Below, piece after piece: positions 11,175-19,194 of a stretch of 64,000 nt of DNA; positions within the stretch are counted from its first letter, which is position 1; each line of letters opens with the position of its first letter. The notes under the pieces were generated by a model that saw only the letters and a list, made by a program, of their open reading frames with translations, made no database searches and was not told the DNA's origin. A program made the translations under genes and the position numbers. The DNA is from a virus (lineage: Duplodnaviria; Heunggongvirae; Uroviricota; Caudoviricetes): the IMG/VR virus record IMGVR_UViG_3300047462_000211, one strand, 5' to 3'.

Positions 11175-11202
11175 TTGACAAATATAGAAATTATGTTAAA
11201 AC
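11175..11202 (+). promoter_or_regulatory. Sigma70-like promoter: TTGACA, 13-nt spacer, TGtTAAAAC extended -10
   Basis: TTGACA at 11175-11180 and TGT+TAAAAC at 11194-11202. The same architecture recurs at 13430 and 26998. Confidence 0.45.
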
Positions 11203-11388
11203 CTATATATCGAATGGTATTTTGGAGAGTTTTGTGGAAGAGCGTTTTGAATTCAACATTCCTGATGAAAATCTTTCCAAATTCAAGGAAATGATGAAAA
11301 AAGTTTCGCGTAAATCCGTGAAGCTTGGCTTTGCGCCTGTCCCTTACATTACCCTTGGTTATCATATCGACAAAGAAAAAGGTAAACT

Positions 11389-12390
11389 TTGGGATATGTA
11401 CGTTACCACACACCATCTTTCAAAATTGGTGGATGGAATTTTGCCGCCGTAATTGACCATACCTATGAAACTGGCAACATCATTCGTGCATTGCCAAATG
11501 AAACGATTCCAGACAAATTCAAGGAAACTTCGCCTATTTGTGAGCATTGCAATATCAATCGATATCGCAAGGATACCTATGTGCTTCGTTCTGATGATGA
11601 GGAATTCAAGCAAGTTGGTAAAACCTGTTTGAAGGATTTTACTGGTCATGACCCAATGCATTTGGCGCGTTTGGCTGAATATATTGGTGCAATGCGCGAA
11701 GATATTAATAGCGGAATGCAAGAAATTGGTGGTGGTTTTCGTATTACTTATGATTTGCAAAAATATTTGCTTATGTGTGCTAAAAGCATTCGCCAAAATG
11801 GTTGGGTTTCTCGTTCCGTTGCAAAGGATGATTCCAGCAAACTTGCAACCGCTGATGATGCATTAAACATGTATAATAAAGGTGTTTGCGGCTGGCTTAA
11901 GGCTGCGGAAGAAGACAAAAATTTGGTTATGGCTGCTTTGGCATGGGCGGAAAGCCTTTTTGAAAAAGAAGATAAATCAGAATATGAATATAATATTAGC
12001 ATCATTGCTGGTTCAGAATTTATTGAGCCGCGCTCTTGTGGTCTTGCTGCCAGCATTGTGGGGGTTTATGTAAAGAATGAGGAACGTAAGCGCATTCAGG
12101 CTGGTATGATGAAAGGTGATTTTATTGGCGAAGTTGGTCAAAAAATCAAAGACCTTCCAGTAAAAGTTTTGGTCAAACGTTACATTGATAGTGGATTTGG
12201 TAGCACAATGTGCAAATTTTCTGATAAGGATGGGAATATTCTTACTTGGTTTGCTACCACAAACACTGATTTTCAAATTGATGACCATATTGTGATTTCT
12301 GCCAAAATTAAGAAGCATGATGTTTATCAAGGTGTTAAAAGCACATTAATTTCTCATTGTAAGGTAAACGGTCTGATGAAAAATCTGTGA
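11389..12390 (+). CDS. Hypothetical protein (about 333 aa) with CEHC..C cysteine cluster; TTG start or frameshift fusion with the upstream 11222..11452 frame
   Basis: ORF track. No ATG until far downstream; codon 11389 is TTG. The upstream ORF in the other frame overlaps by 64 nt. The many ORFs on both strands inside it are spurious. Confidence 0.5.
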   Translation: MGYVRYHTPSFKIGGWNFAAVIDHTYETGNIIRALPNETIPDKFKETSPICEHCNINRYRKDTYVLRSDDEEFKQVGKTCLKDFTGHDPMHLARLAEYIGAMREDINSGMQEIGGGFRITYDLQKYLLMCAKSIRQNGWVSRSVAKDDSSKLATADDALNMYNKGVCGWLKAAEEDKNLVMAALAWAESLFEKEDKSEYEYNISIIAGSEFIEPRSCGLAASIVGVYVKNEERKRIQAGMMKGDFIGEVGQKIKDLPVKVLVKRYIDSGFGSTMCKFSDKDGNILTWFATTNTDFQIDDHIVISAKIKKHDVYQGVKSTLISHCKVNGLMKNL

Positions 12391-12408
12391 TTGTAATTGG
12401 TGGTGACC

Positions 12409-12612
12409 ATGATAATTTTGATATTATCGAGCATCTCTTACCCAGACGGTGTTATTATACTTGCCTCTAATATCACAACATACAATGGTGCGATTCCAGA
12501 TTTTTTTAAAAAAGAAATTGATTTAACAGAATATGTTTTGAGAGAACCGCCGCCAGAAATTTTTAATCCATACGTTGGAAAAGAAAAAATTCTGGAAGAA
12601 TTTCTGGTTTGA
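12409..12612 (+). CDS. Small hypothetical protein (67 aa)
   Basis: ATG at 12409 preceded by GGTGGTGA Shine-Dalgarno. ORF track lists it from a GTG at 12397. Confidence 0.4.
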   Translation: MIILILSSISYPDGVIILASNITTYNGAIPDFFKKEIDLTEYVLREPPPEIFNPYVGKEKILEEFLV

Positions 12613-12650
12613 TTCCCAAACATCACAATAAGAAAAAGAAGAATCGTTGA

Positions 12651-13436
12651 TTAACGATTATACATTTGATGTAATTTTTCAAGAATCATAACAATTTTTT
12701 CTTCAAATTTTGGGTCATTGAATTTTGTTGGTACATCCAAAGGAATTGGTTTATCAAACATTCTACCATCCGCGTAAACCAACATTAATTTATTTGGTTC
12801 GTCTTGTGGTGTTATAAATATGGCTCTTGTATCTTTTGGATTATTGCCATTGGAATTATAAACAAGCATTGCCTGAACCATTTCTGCAAAAGTTTCGGGC
12901 GTTCCATAAACATTTATTCTGCCTTCAAAATTATGTTTACCAAAAGCATTTATTGTATAAATTTTTTCTGACTCGTAACTCAATTCCCACAAATGTTTTT
13001 TTAAATAATTTAAATCTCTATAAGATTGAACATGAATTTTATTATTATAGCTGTGTTTGTCAGGTTGCCAAGGTGGCACCAAAGGATTTTCTTCGCTTCG
13101 CCTAAATCTTTCTGCATGTGATGGTTGAAAACCACCAGTTGAAGAATAATTTGAATTAGAAGAATTCCAATTTTTTAGATAATCATAAGCAGCATTAATT
13201 TCACCAACATCTATTCCAGAATTTTTATTCCCCAAATCTGGATGATATTTCTTCATCAATTCTTTCCATTTTGCTTTTAATTCTTCTGGCGTCATTCTTT
13301 CGAAATCTTGATGAGATATACCAAATTTAGAAAGAGCCATGTTTATGGTCATTTCTTCAAATAAAAACATTTCTTCTAATAGCATGATTTTACGGTCTTT
13401 TTTATGCAATAAAGTATTTATAAAACATGTTGACAA
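12651..13436 (-). CDS. DnaJ (J-domain) protein with unknown C-terminal domain
   Basis: J-domain signature TPEELKAKWKELMKKYHPDLG...INAAYDYLKNW with the HPD motif. True start may be an internal Met (MTINMALSKFG). Confidence 0.75.
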   Translation of the reverse strand: MSTCFINTLLHKKDRKIMLLEEMFLFEEMTINMALSKFGISHQDFERMTPEELKAKWKELMKKYHPDLGNKNSGIDVGEINAAYDYLKNWNSSNSNYSSTGGFQPSHAERFRRSEENPLVPPWQPDKHSYNNKIHVQSYRDLNYLKKHLWELSYESEKIYTINAFGKHNFEGRINVYGTPETFAEMVQAMLVYNSNGNNPKDTRAIFITPQDEPNKLMLVYADGRMFDKPIPLDVPTKFNDPKFEEKIVMILEKLHQMYNR

Positions 13437-13457
13437 ATAAATTTTATATGGTAATTT
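13430..13457 (+). promoter_or_regulatory. Sigma70-like promoter: TTGACA, 13-nt spacer, TGgTAATTT
   Basis: TTGACA at 13430-35 and TGG+TAATTT at 13449-57. Followed by GAAAGAGGGAA Shine-Dalgarno and the ATG at 13481. Confidence 0.5.
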
Positions 13458-13480
13458 GATAATGAAAGAGGGAATTTATT

Positions 13481-13726
13481 ATGTCTGCTGTAGCTTATTC
13501 TGACCGTTCTGGAGTCATTGGTATTACCAATGGGCGTATGCCAAAAGGCATGTTGCCGATTATTCGCATGGACAATGAATTTGCATTGCGTGAATTAATT
13601 TCCGCAACATGCCGCCATTCTTATGATGGTATTACATTATTGGTTCCTGGTATTCCAGAAGCGGGCGATGATGCGGATGCGGCATTAGATGCGCTGATGA
13701 AATTTCGTGATTTTGTAAAGAAATGA
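13481..13726 (+). CDS. Hypothetical protein (81 aa), first gene of an operon
   Basis: Good Shine-Dalgarno. Stop overlaps the start of the next gene by 4 nt. Confidence 0.5.
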   Translation: MSAVAYSDRSGVIGITNGRMPKGMLPIIRMDNEFALRELISATCRHSYDGITLLVPGIPEAGDDADAALDALMKFRDFVKK

Positions 13727-14166
13727 GATATTTGTTCGCGGACGTAAATCACAGGTATAATAATATGACCGCCAACGAAATTGGCGAATGTCTTCCTATG
13801 CCTGGAGATTTTGTTTATCCAATTGGGTGCGAAAGTCTTCCTGGTGATAAAAATTTTTCTCGTGAAGAAAAGCCTTACGGCTATTCAATGTATTTTTTGT
13901 GGAGTTTGGTTAATAGAAACAAACTAAAGAATTATTGTTGGGATTATGAAGACAGATTGCAGACTCAAAATCCAGAAAAATTTGAGGAAGCAAAAACTTC
14001 TATAAACGAAATTATGGAGAATTATTCGCGCAAACAAACTTCAGAATTTCTTTCGATTTACACTGGAAAAAAATGCAAAGCTGTTGCATTGATTGATTCA
14101 TGTAATCTTGCTAATGGTCGCCCGCTCAAATTGTTTATTTACAAAATCCTGGAAACAAAAGAATGA
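13723..14166 (+). CDS. Hypothetical protein (147 aa)
   Basis: ORF with 4-nt start/stop overlaps to both neighbours (operon). Confidence 0.5.
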   Translation: MRYLFADVNHRYNNMTANEIGECLPMPGDFVYPIGCESLPGDKNFSREEKPYGYSMYFLWSLVNRNKLKNYCWDYEDRLQTQNPEKFEEAKTSINEIMENYSRKQTSEFLSIYTGKKCKAVALIDSCNLANGRPLKLFIYKILETKE

Positions 14167-14699
14167 AAATTATTTATAAAACTGGTGATTTATTCAAGAA
14201 CAATGAAAAAATCATTGTGCATTCTTGCAATATTCTTGGTGGATTTGGTTCTGGAGTTGCTGGCGTTATAGCCAAGCTTTATCCTGAAGTGCGCGAAGAA
14301 TATATAAAAGAATTTAATACCAATAAATTAAAACTCGGTTCGATTTTATGGACCAAAACTAAAGATGGTTTTGTTGAAATTGGTAATATGATGTGCCAGC
14401 CAACCGTCAAGGGGATGCGTGGATTATCGCATTGGGGAGAACGCCATGTTTCTTATGATGCGGTTGATGATGCCTTTGCTAATCTCGATGACGAAATGCG
14501 CGGAAAGGCAGATTTTGGAAAAACTTTTAAAGAAGTCATAAATTCAAAGAATGAAGTAAATTTATTTTCAGTTGCCATGCCATTGATTGGTTCGGCATTG
14601 GGGGGTGGTTCTTGGTCAATTATTTCTTCGATTATTGAATATCGGTCAAAGAATTTTCAACCAATTGTTTATACTCTTGATGGGAAAATTCCAGAATGA
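14163..14699 (+). CDS. Macro-domain (ADP-ribose binding/processing) protein
   Basis: N-terminal macro signature KIIVHSCNILGGFGSGVAGVIAKLYPE (Gly-rich ADP-ribose pocket), and a later Gly-rich loop LIGSALGGGSW. Confidence 0.7.
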   Translation: MKIIYKTGDLFKNNEKIIVHSCNILGGFGSGVAGVIAKLYPEVREEYIKEFNTNKLKLGSILWTKTKDGFVEIGNMMCQPTVKGMRGLSHWGERHVSYDAVDDAFANLDDEMRGKADFGKTFKEVINSKNEVNLFSVAMPLIGSALGGGSWSIISSIIEYRSKNFQPIVYTLDGKIPE

Positions 14700-15121
14700 A
14701 ATCAAAAATAAAATACGGAAATTCTTTTGATTTTAAAACAATTATTGCCAAAATTCGCAATAATGTTTTGAAATATTTTTACACGTTAAAACAACAATAT
14801 AATAAATATTCTTTATTTTTTGTTTTAAAAGTTAAATCTTTTAAAAAACAAGAAATTTTTCATCATAGCGATAAACGCCTGTACGTAAAAGATATTGAAA
14901 ATATCTTTGATGGTGGTTTGCCTATTGAGGCAGTCGAATTTCTATTGCTTCCGCCAGAAGGTAGAACTATCGAAGAAACAAAAAATATTTTGATGGAAAT
15001 TTCTTCTGGTAAATATTTGCCGCCAAAAAAAGAAGAAATAAAAATGGTTGCCGAAACAATTGAAGTTGCTCCTGGTATCGTAAAACCAAGGAGAAAGAGA
15101 AAAATTTTGGTTGACAATTAA
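14696..15121 (+). CDS. Basic hypothetical protein (141 aa)
   Basis: ORF track. Overlapping start/stop with neighbours. Confidence 0.45.
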   Translation: MKSKIKYGNSFDFKTIIAKIRNNVLKYFYTLKQQYNKYSLFFVLKVKSFKKQEIFHHSDKRLYVKDIENIFDGGLPIEAVEFLLLPPEGRTIEETKNILMEISSGKYLPPKKEEIKMVAETIEVAPGIVKPRRKRKILVDN

Positions 15122-15167
15122 TTACTATTTCGTTATCGACAACAGCACCACAAGAAAGGAATACCCG

Positions 15168-16136
15168 ATGTTTAAAAGTTTTAGTTTTTTGAGTTTGGTT
15201 TTGGTTTTGTTTTTTTCCATGGCATTGAGTCGAGGATATGCCCAAACGGCACCATCGCTCGATTCGTTGATGCCCGATAATACACAATTTTCCGCCACAA
15301 TGACGGTTGCTTGTGGTGATTTGCAAAAATCAAATTGTGCACAGGTTTTGCCACACATCGCTTACTATTCTGTGCCACAAGGGGTTACATTAAATCCCAT
15401 AGCATCCAAGGGAAGTGTTCAATCTGCCTTTGGTGTTTGTAAGGGTGTTGTGAACGCTGCCATTGGTCAAGCTGATGCTTTTTCTTATGTGGCTGACACA
15501 ACGGCATGTACGGCTTCCTATGATACGATTGGTGCTCCTTTATATCCCTATTTTGGATATCTGATTACATCGGCAAAGAATTCTGCAAACTCTTTGAATG
15601 ATTTGGTGAATAACACACCTGATGGGCAATCTGTTACGATTGCTGATGGTAAAATTGGTTCTGGTGGTCAAATCACATTTGGAAATATTTTGGCTACGGA
15701 TACTGAATATAAACAGAAAATCAGTGAAGTTCCAGAAGACCAAAATATTGCTCTTGGTGCAATACAAGATGGTTCATTAAGCGGCTATTTTATTATGGAC
15801 AGTCCTGGTTCGCCATTGATTGTCAGTATCAAAAGCGCCACCGATAAAAACGGCAAGCCGCTTTATAAATTCCTTGATATTCGTCCGAGTGACCAGTTTT
15901 TTGCACTGCAAGATTGGAACAACAAACCGATGTATCAGGCGGTAACTATCAGCAGTGGATTTTTTAGCGATAAGAAAACCGTAAGTACGAATGCTGTGAT
16001 TATTGTTAATCATTCGTATTTTAATTCCAATTCGCAAGCAGTGAATTATCTTCGCGGAGCAGCAGACCAAGCAGATGCCGCAATTCGCGCTGCTACTTTA
16101 ACGCCGAGTAATTGGACCGGACAAATCAGCAATTAA
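15168..16136 (+). CDS. Secreted protein with N-terminal signal peptide (MFKSFSFLSLVLVLFFSMALSRGYA/QTAP)
   Basis: First ATG at 15168 with AAAGGAA Shine-Dalgarno. Classic h-region and AxA-like cleavage site. Minus-strand ORFs inside are spurious. Confidence 0.6.
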   Translation: MFKSFSFLSLVLVLFFSMALSRGYAQTAPSLDSLMPDNTQFSATMTVACGDLQKSNCAQVLPHIAYYSVPQGVTLNPIASKGSVQSAFGVCKGVVNAAIGQADAFSYVADTTACTASYDTIGAPLYPYFGYLITSAKNSANSLNDLVNNTPDGQSVTIADGKIGSGGQITFGNILATDTEYKQKISEVPEDQNIALGAIQDGSLSGYFIMDSPGSPLIVSIKSATDKNGKPLYKFLDIRPSDQFFALQDWNNKPMYQAVTISSGFFSDKKTVSTNAVIIVNHSYFNSNSQAVNYLRGAADQADAAIRAATLTPSNWTGQISN

Positions 16137-16144
16137 TTGAAATT

Positions 16145-16180
16145 AAAGCCATGAGATTTTATCTCATGGCTTTTTTTTTA
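16145..16180 (+). terminator. Rho-independent terminator: 10-bp perfect stem gccatgagat/atctcatggc followed by a T9 run
   Basis: Hairpin 16148-16170 plus TTTTTTTTT 16171-16179, immediately after the stop of the secreted-protein gene. Confidence 0.85.
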
Positions 16181-16193
16181 ATAGGAGATTACA

Positions 16194-16454
16194 ATGCGTA
16201 GTAAAATTTGGTTGTTTATTCTTGCGTTTGTTTTGATTGTTCTTTTCACAATCAGATGGACAATTGAATGGACAATTGAATGGACAATTGAATGGACACA
16301 AGATGAAGTTGGATATATTTTTCAAGCATGTCTTCCACATGCCGCTGTTCATGTTCCAGGATTCGTTGCGTTTTTGCTTTTATTTTTTACTGGTGGACAA
16401 TTTTTATGGGTTGATTTGTTCACTTGGATTTTTCGTTCCACTATCGGCAATTAA
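16194..16454 (+). CDS. Small membrane protein with WTIE x3 repeat encoded by a 12-bp tandem DNA repeat
   Basis: TAGGAGA Shine-Dalgarno. Hydrophobic N-terminal and C-terminal segments. Sequence RWTIEWTIEWTIEWTQ. Confidence 0.5.
   Translation: MRSKIWLFILAFVLIVLFTIRWTIEWTIEWTIEWTQDEVGYIFQACLPHAAVHVPGFVAFLLLFFTGGQFLWVDLFTWIFRSTIGN
16257..16299 (+). repeat. Tandem 12-bp repeat tggacaattgaa, 3 perfect copies plus a partial copy
   Basis: Read directly: atggacaattgaatggacaattgaatggacaattgaatggaca. Confidence 0.9.
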
Positions 16455-16466
16455 CAGGAGAAAGAA

Positions 16467-17720
16467 ATGATTTTTCGAATAATTTTATCAGTTTTGCTTG
16501 TGATTGGAGATTCCATACTTTCAAACATATGGTATCCACTATCATCAATTGGTGCTGCTAATATGGCAGGAAAACAGCTTGAAAATACAAATATTGGCGC
16601 TGTTCAAGCAAATACAGGTGTTGGGTTTTTTCATGGTATAGGCGGTCTTTGTTCTCTAGGTGTTTTGATTTTACTGGCTATTATTTGGTATCCAGTAATT
16701 AAAACAAAACTAAAGCCTATTGTTACAACAGTAACAATTTTGGCTTTGGTTTTTGGATTATCAACCAATTCGGCTTTTGCATATTATTCGCAACAAGACA
16801 AAGCTGAAGCTGTTGGTATCCCTCCAAATTCAACTGCGTTTTGGATTCCAGACCAAGGCAACACAGCAGCAAATCAGGTTCAAACCGATGATGCTGCATT
16901 TTATAACGCAAACAAAGTCCCTGGCAAAATATTTATTGTTCCTCATCATGTTTTTCAAAATTCAGGAGGCGTTCATTTATGGGATGCAGATTATTATGTT
17001 CCAGATGGAAAGCTTATTTTGGTGGATAGAACACCAATTACTCGTGAATGGACTTCTGGTAATGGAACAGGCACATCTGCCACTAATCAAGGGTTTCAAT
17101 GTCAATCAAATGATGGATTAAATATTTCCGCCGCCGTGAGTATCGCGGTTTCAATTAAACCATCTGATGCTGCAACGTATTTGTATTATTTTGGTACAGA
17201 TTCAATCGCACCAAATCCAAATGATTCTTACATGTCTGCTAACCCAAATGCTGACCCCGCAAATGACCCAGAAGTTATTTTCGCCAGTGTTTATCATGCC
17301 AAGAGTTTAGCAAATGTTATGGATACTGTTGGGCATGGTTTGGTTGAGGCGGCGGTGTGTCAAGCGATTGGCGCAAATGATTTAAAAACCGACAACCAAA
17401 ACTATAATCAAATAATGACACAAGTTCAAACGGCAGCAAATAATTATTTGTCACAACGCGGTATCACGATTGATTATATTGGTTGGGCTGGAACTTTTGG
17501 TTTTGACCAAGATGTGCAACAAGCAATTAACAATGCGTTTACGGCACAAACTATTGGTCCATATATCCCAGTTCTTCAACAGGCTGCTTTAATTCAAGCA
17601 ATTCAGAATTGGAACCATGTCTTACCAACAAATATTACACTCGTTGGTTCGAATTTTCTTTCAGATTTGTTTAGTTTTGCTCCTGGCACTGGAACATCAC
17701 ATCCAACCACCACGAAGTGA
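16467..17720 (+). CDS. Membrane protein with SPFH/band-7-like domain
   Basis: AGGAGA Shine-Dalgarno. N-terminal TM helices. Central and C-terminal region with an SPFH-like pattern (LANVMDTVGHGLVEAAVCQAIGANDL...QRGITIDYIGWAGTFGFDQDVQQAINNAF). Confidence 0.45.
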   Translation: MIFRIILSVLLVIGDSILSNIWYPLSSIGAANMAGKQLENTNIGAVQANTGVGFFHGIGGLCSLGVLILLAIIWYPVIKTKLKPIVTTVTILALVFGLSTNSAFAYYSQQDKAEAVGIPPNSTAFWIPDQGNTAANQVQTDDAAFYNANKVPGKIFIVPHHVFQNSGGVHLWDADYYVPDGKLILVDRTPITREWTSGNGTGTSATNQGFQCQSNDGLNISAAVSIAVSIKPSDAATYLYYFGTDSIAPNPNDSYMSANPNADPANDPEVIFASVYHAKSLANVMDTVGHGLVEAAVCQAIGANDLKTDNQNYNQIMTQVQTAANNYLSQRGITIDYIGWAGTFGFDQDVQQAINNAFTAQTIGPYIPVLQQAALIQAIQNWNHVLPTNITLVGSNFLSDLFSFAPGTGTSHPTTTK

Positions 17721-17722
17721 AA

Positions 17723-17757
17723 AAAGAGGGGGATTTTAAAATGTCCCCCTTTTTTTC
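17723..17757 (+). terminator. Rho-independent terminator: gagggggat-loop-gtccccct followed by a T7 run
   Basis: Stem ggggga/tccccc extended by A:T pairs, then TTTTTTT, directly after the SPFH gene stop. Confidence 0.8.
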
Positions 17758-17998
17758 AAAATTCCATTAGGAGTAATAAATGCGCAAACTTATAAAACTT
17801 TTATTCAGCCCTGATTTTCCTACTCCAGCAAAAGGTGATTTTTGGGTAGCTTTAAGGAACGGCTATTTGAAAGGTAATGTGATTCTTTTTCCTTTTGTTA
17901 TATTTTTTATAACTTGGAAATTGATGAAATGAATTGATGCATATCCTGCACAATCTAGTTATGATAATATACACGCCACCAAAATAGGAATCGGTTTT

Positions 17999-18376
17999 AT
18001 GAAAAAAGAAGAAATCATTCATTCATTGGAAGCTTGTTTTAAAATAAGACCAACAGGCTTCTTTTATTCTGTTGTAAATTTATCAGCAAACGATTTTTGT
18101 TTTGATAAATTCAGAGAAGAAGGAATTGACGTTTTTAATGTCGATGATATAAATTTCAAAAAAACTAAAGAATTGGTTCAGGATACATTACTTGGAAAAA
18201 TAATATCAGAAAATAAAGAAACCGGAGAACAAATTATCCAGAAAAGAAAAAGTTTTATTGTTTGCTATCCTGATGGAACAACCAAATTATCAGATGAAGG
18301 ATATAAAATTCCTATTCATGATTTAGCGACTTCGACATTTGCTAATAGGTCAACTTGGTTAGAATTTAATAAATAA
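17999..18376 (+). CDS. Hypothetical protein (125 aa)
   Basis: ORF with AGGAA Shine-Dalgarno. Confidence 0.45.
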   Translation: MKKEEIIHSLEACFKIRPTGFFYSVVNLSANDFCFDKFREEGIDVFNVDDINFKKTKELVQDTLLGKIISENKETGEQIIQKRKSFIVCYPDGTTKLSDEGYKIPIHDLATSTFANRSTWLEFNK

Positions 18377-18380
18377 TGTT

Positions 18381-18584
18381 ATGTTGTTAATTGACCCATA
18401 CGCATATAAACATCTTTCATTCAAAGACATTAAGTTTTTGAATGCCGTTGTTGATGCTATTGTGTCAGAAAAAGATGAAATAGATACAAAATTATTAATT
18501 ATAACAACATTAGCTTTATATAAACCAGGAATGAACAAACATGCACTTAAAACACATGTTTATCGAGAATTAAAACTAAACTGA
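18381..18584 (+). CDS. Hypothetical protein (67 aa)
   Basis: ORF track only. Confidence 0.35.
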   Translation: MLLIDPYAYKHLSFKDIKFLNAVVDAIVSEKDEIDTKLLIITTLALYKPGMNKHALKTHVYRELKLN

Positions 18585-18762
18585 TTGTTGTTTTAATTCA
18601 AAGGTTTTTGGTAATCCTTCAAAACCATCAGCAGGAACAATAACGTTGAAAACTCGATGTTTTGTTAAATTTAACGCAAGTTGTTCAGCATGATTTTTTA
18701 AAAATACGCCATCAATTTGTTTCCAAATATAACTATTTTCATTTCCGATTCTGAATAAAATT

Positions 18763-19194
18763 TTATACATTTTCCACCTTTATTTTTTTAATGTTTGTGC
18801 TGTTTAATTCTGTAATACCTGGAACAATTAATTTCAATATTGGATACATAATTGATTCTTTTAAATGTAAAAACATATAGTTCTTTTTTCTATGAAAATG
18901 CTGTATCAAAACATCTTCCTTAATTCCATTAATTGTTTCTTCTAATCGGTAGGCTTCTAAAATATCTATTTTTGTATAATATGAAAAAAACTTTTTACAA
19001 ATATTGTTTTCAATATATCCATATGGAATAAATCTTTCTGGCTGGTGAACCACATCATTCCAATAATCATAAACATATTTTCCACCAAAATGAACAAATC
19101 TAATTCCGACAGACATGACGTTTTTGTTTAAACCATCGGATTCAAAAATAGCATTTTCTGAACCGTCATCAAAATCAAATGGAATTTTTTTCAT
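18763..19194 (-). CDS. Hypothetical protein (143 aa)
   Basis: ORF track. Stop/start coupling with 19191..20873. Confidence 0.45.
   Translation of the reverse strand: MKKIPFDFDDGSENAIFESDGLNKNVMSVGIRFVHFGGKYVYDYWNDVVHQPERFIPYGYIENNICKKFFSYYTKIDILEAYRLEETINGIKEDVLIQHFHRKKNYMFLHLKESIMYPILKLIVPGITELNSTNIKKIKVENV

Noticed and set aside
11362-12330. ORFs 11362..11796(-), 11648..11866, 11748..12056(-), 11882..12073, 12013..12330(-)
   Set aside because: All lie within 11389..12390 in other frames or on the opposite strand. They have no ribosome-binding sites.
14863-17121. Minus-strand and off-frame ORFs within the macro-operon and SPFH cassette (14863..15117, 14967..15326, 15125..15358, 15181..15378, 15540..15767, 15777..16070, 16164..16352, 16237..16470, 16723..16911, 16753..17121)
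   Set aside because: They are antisense or overlapping the well-supported plus-strand genes.
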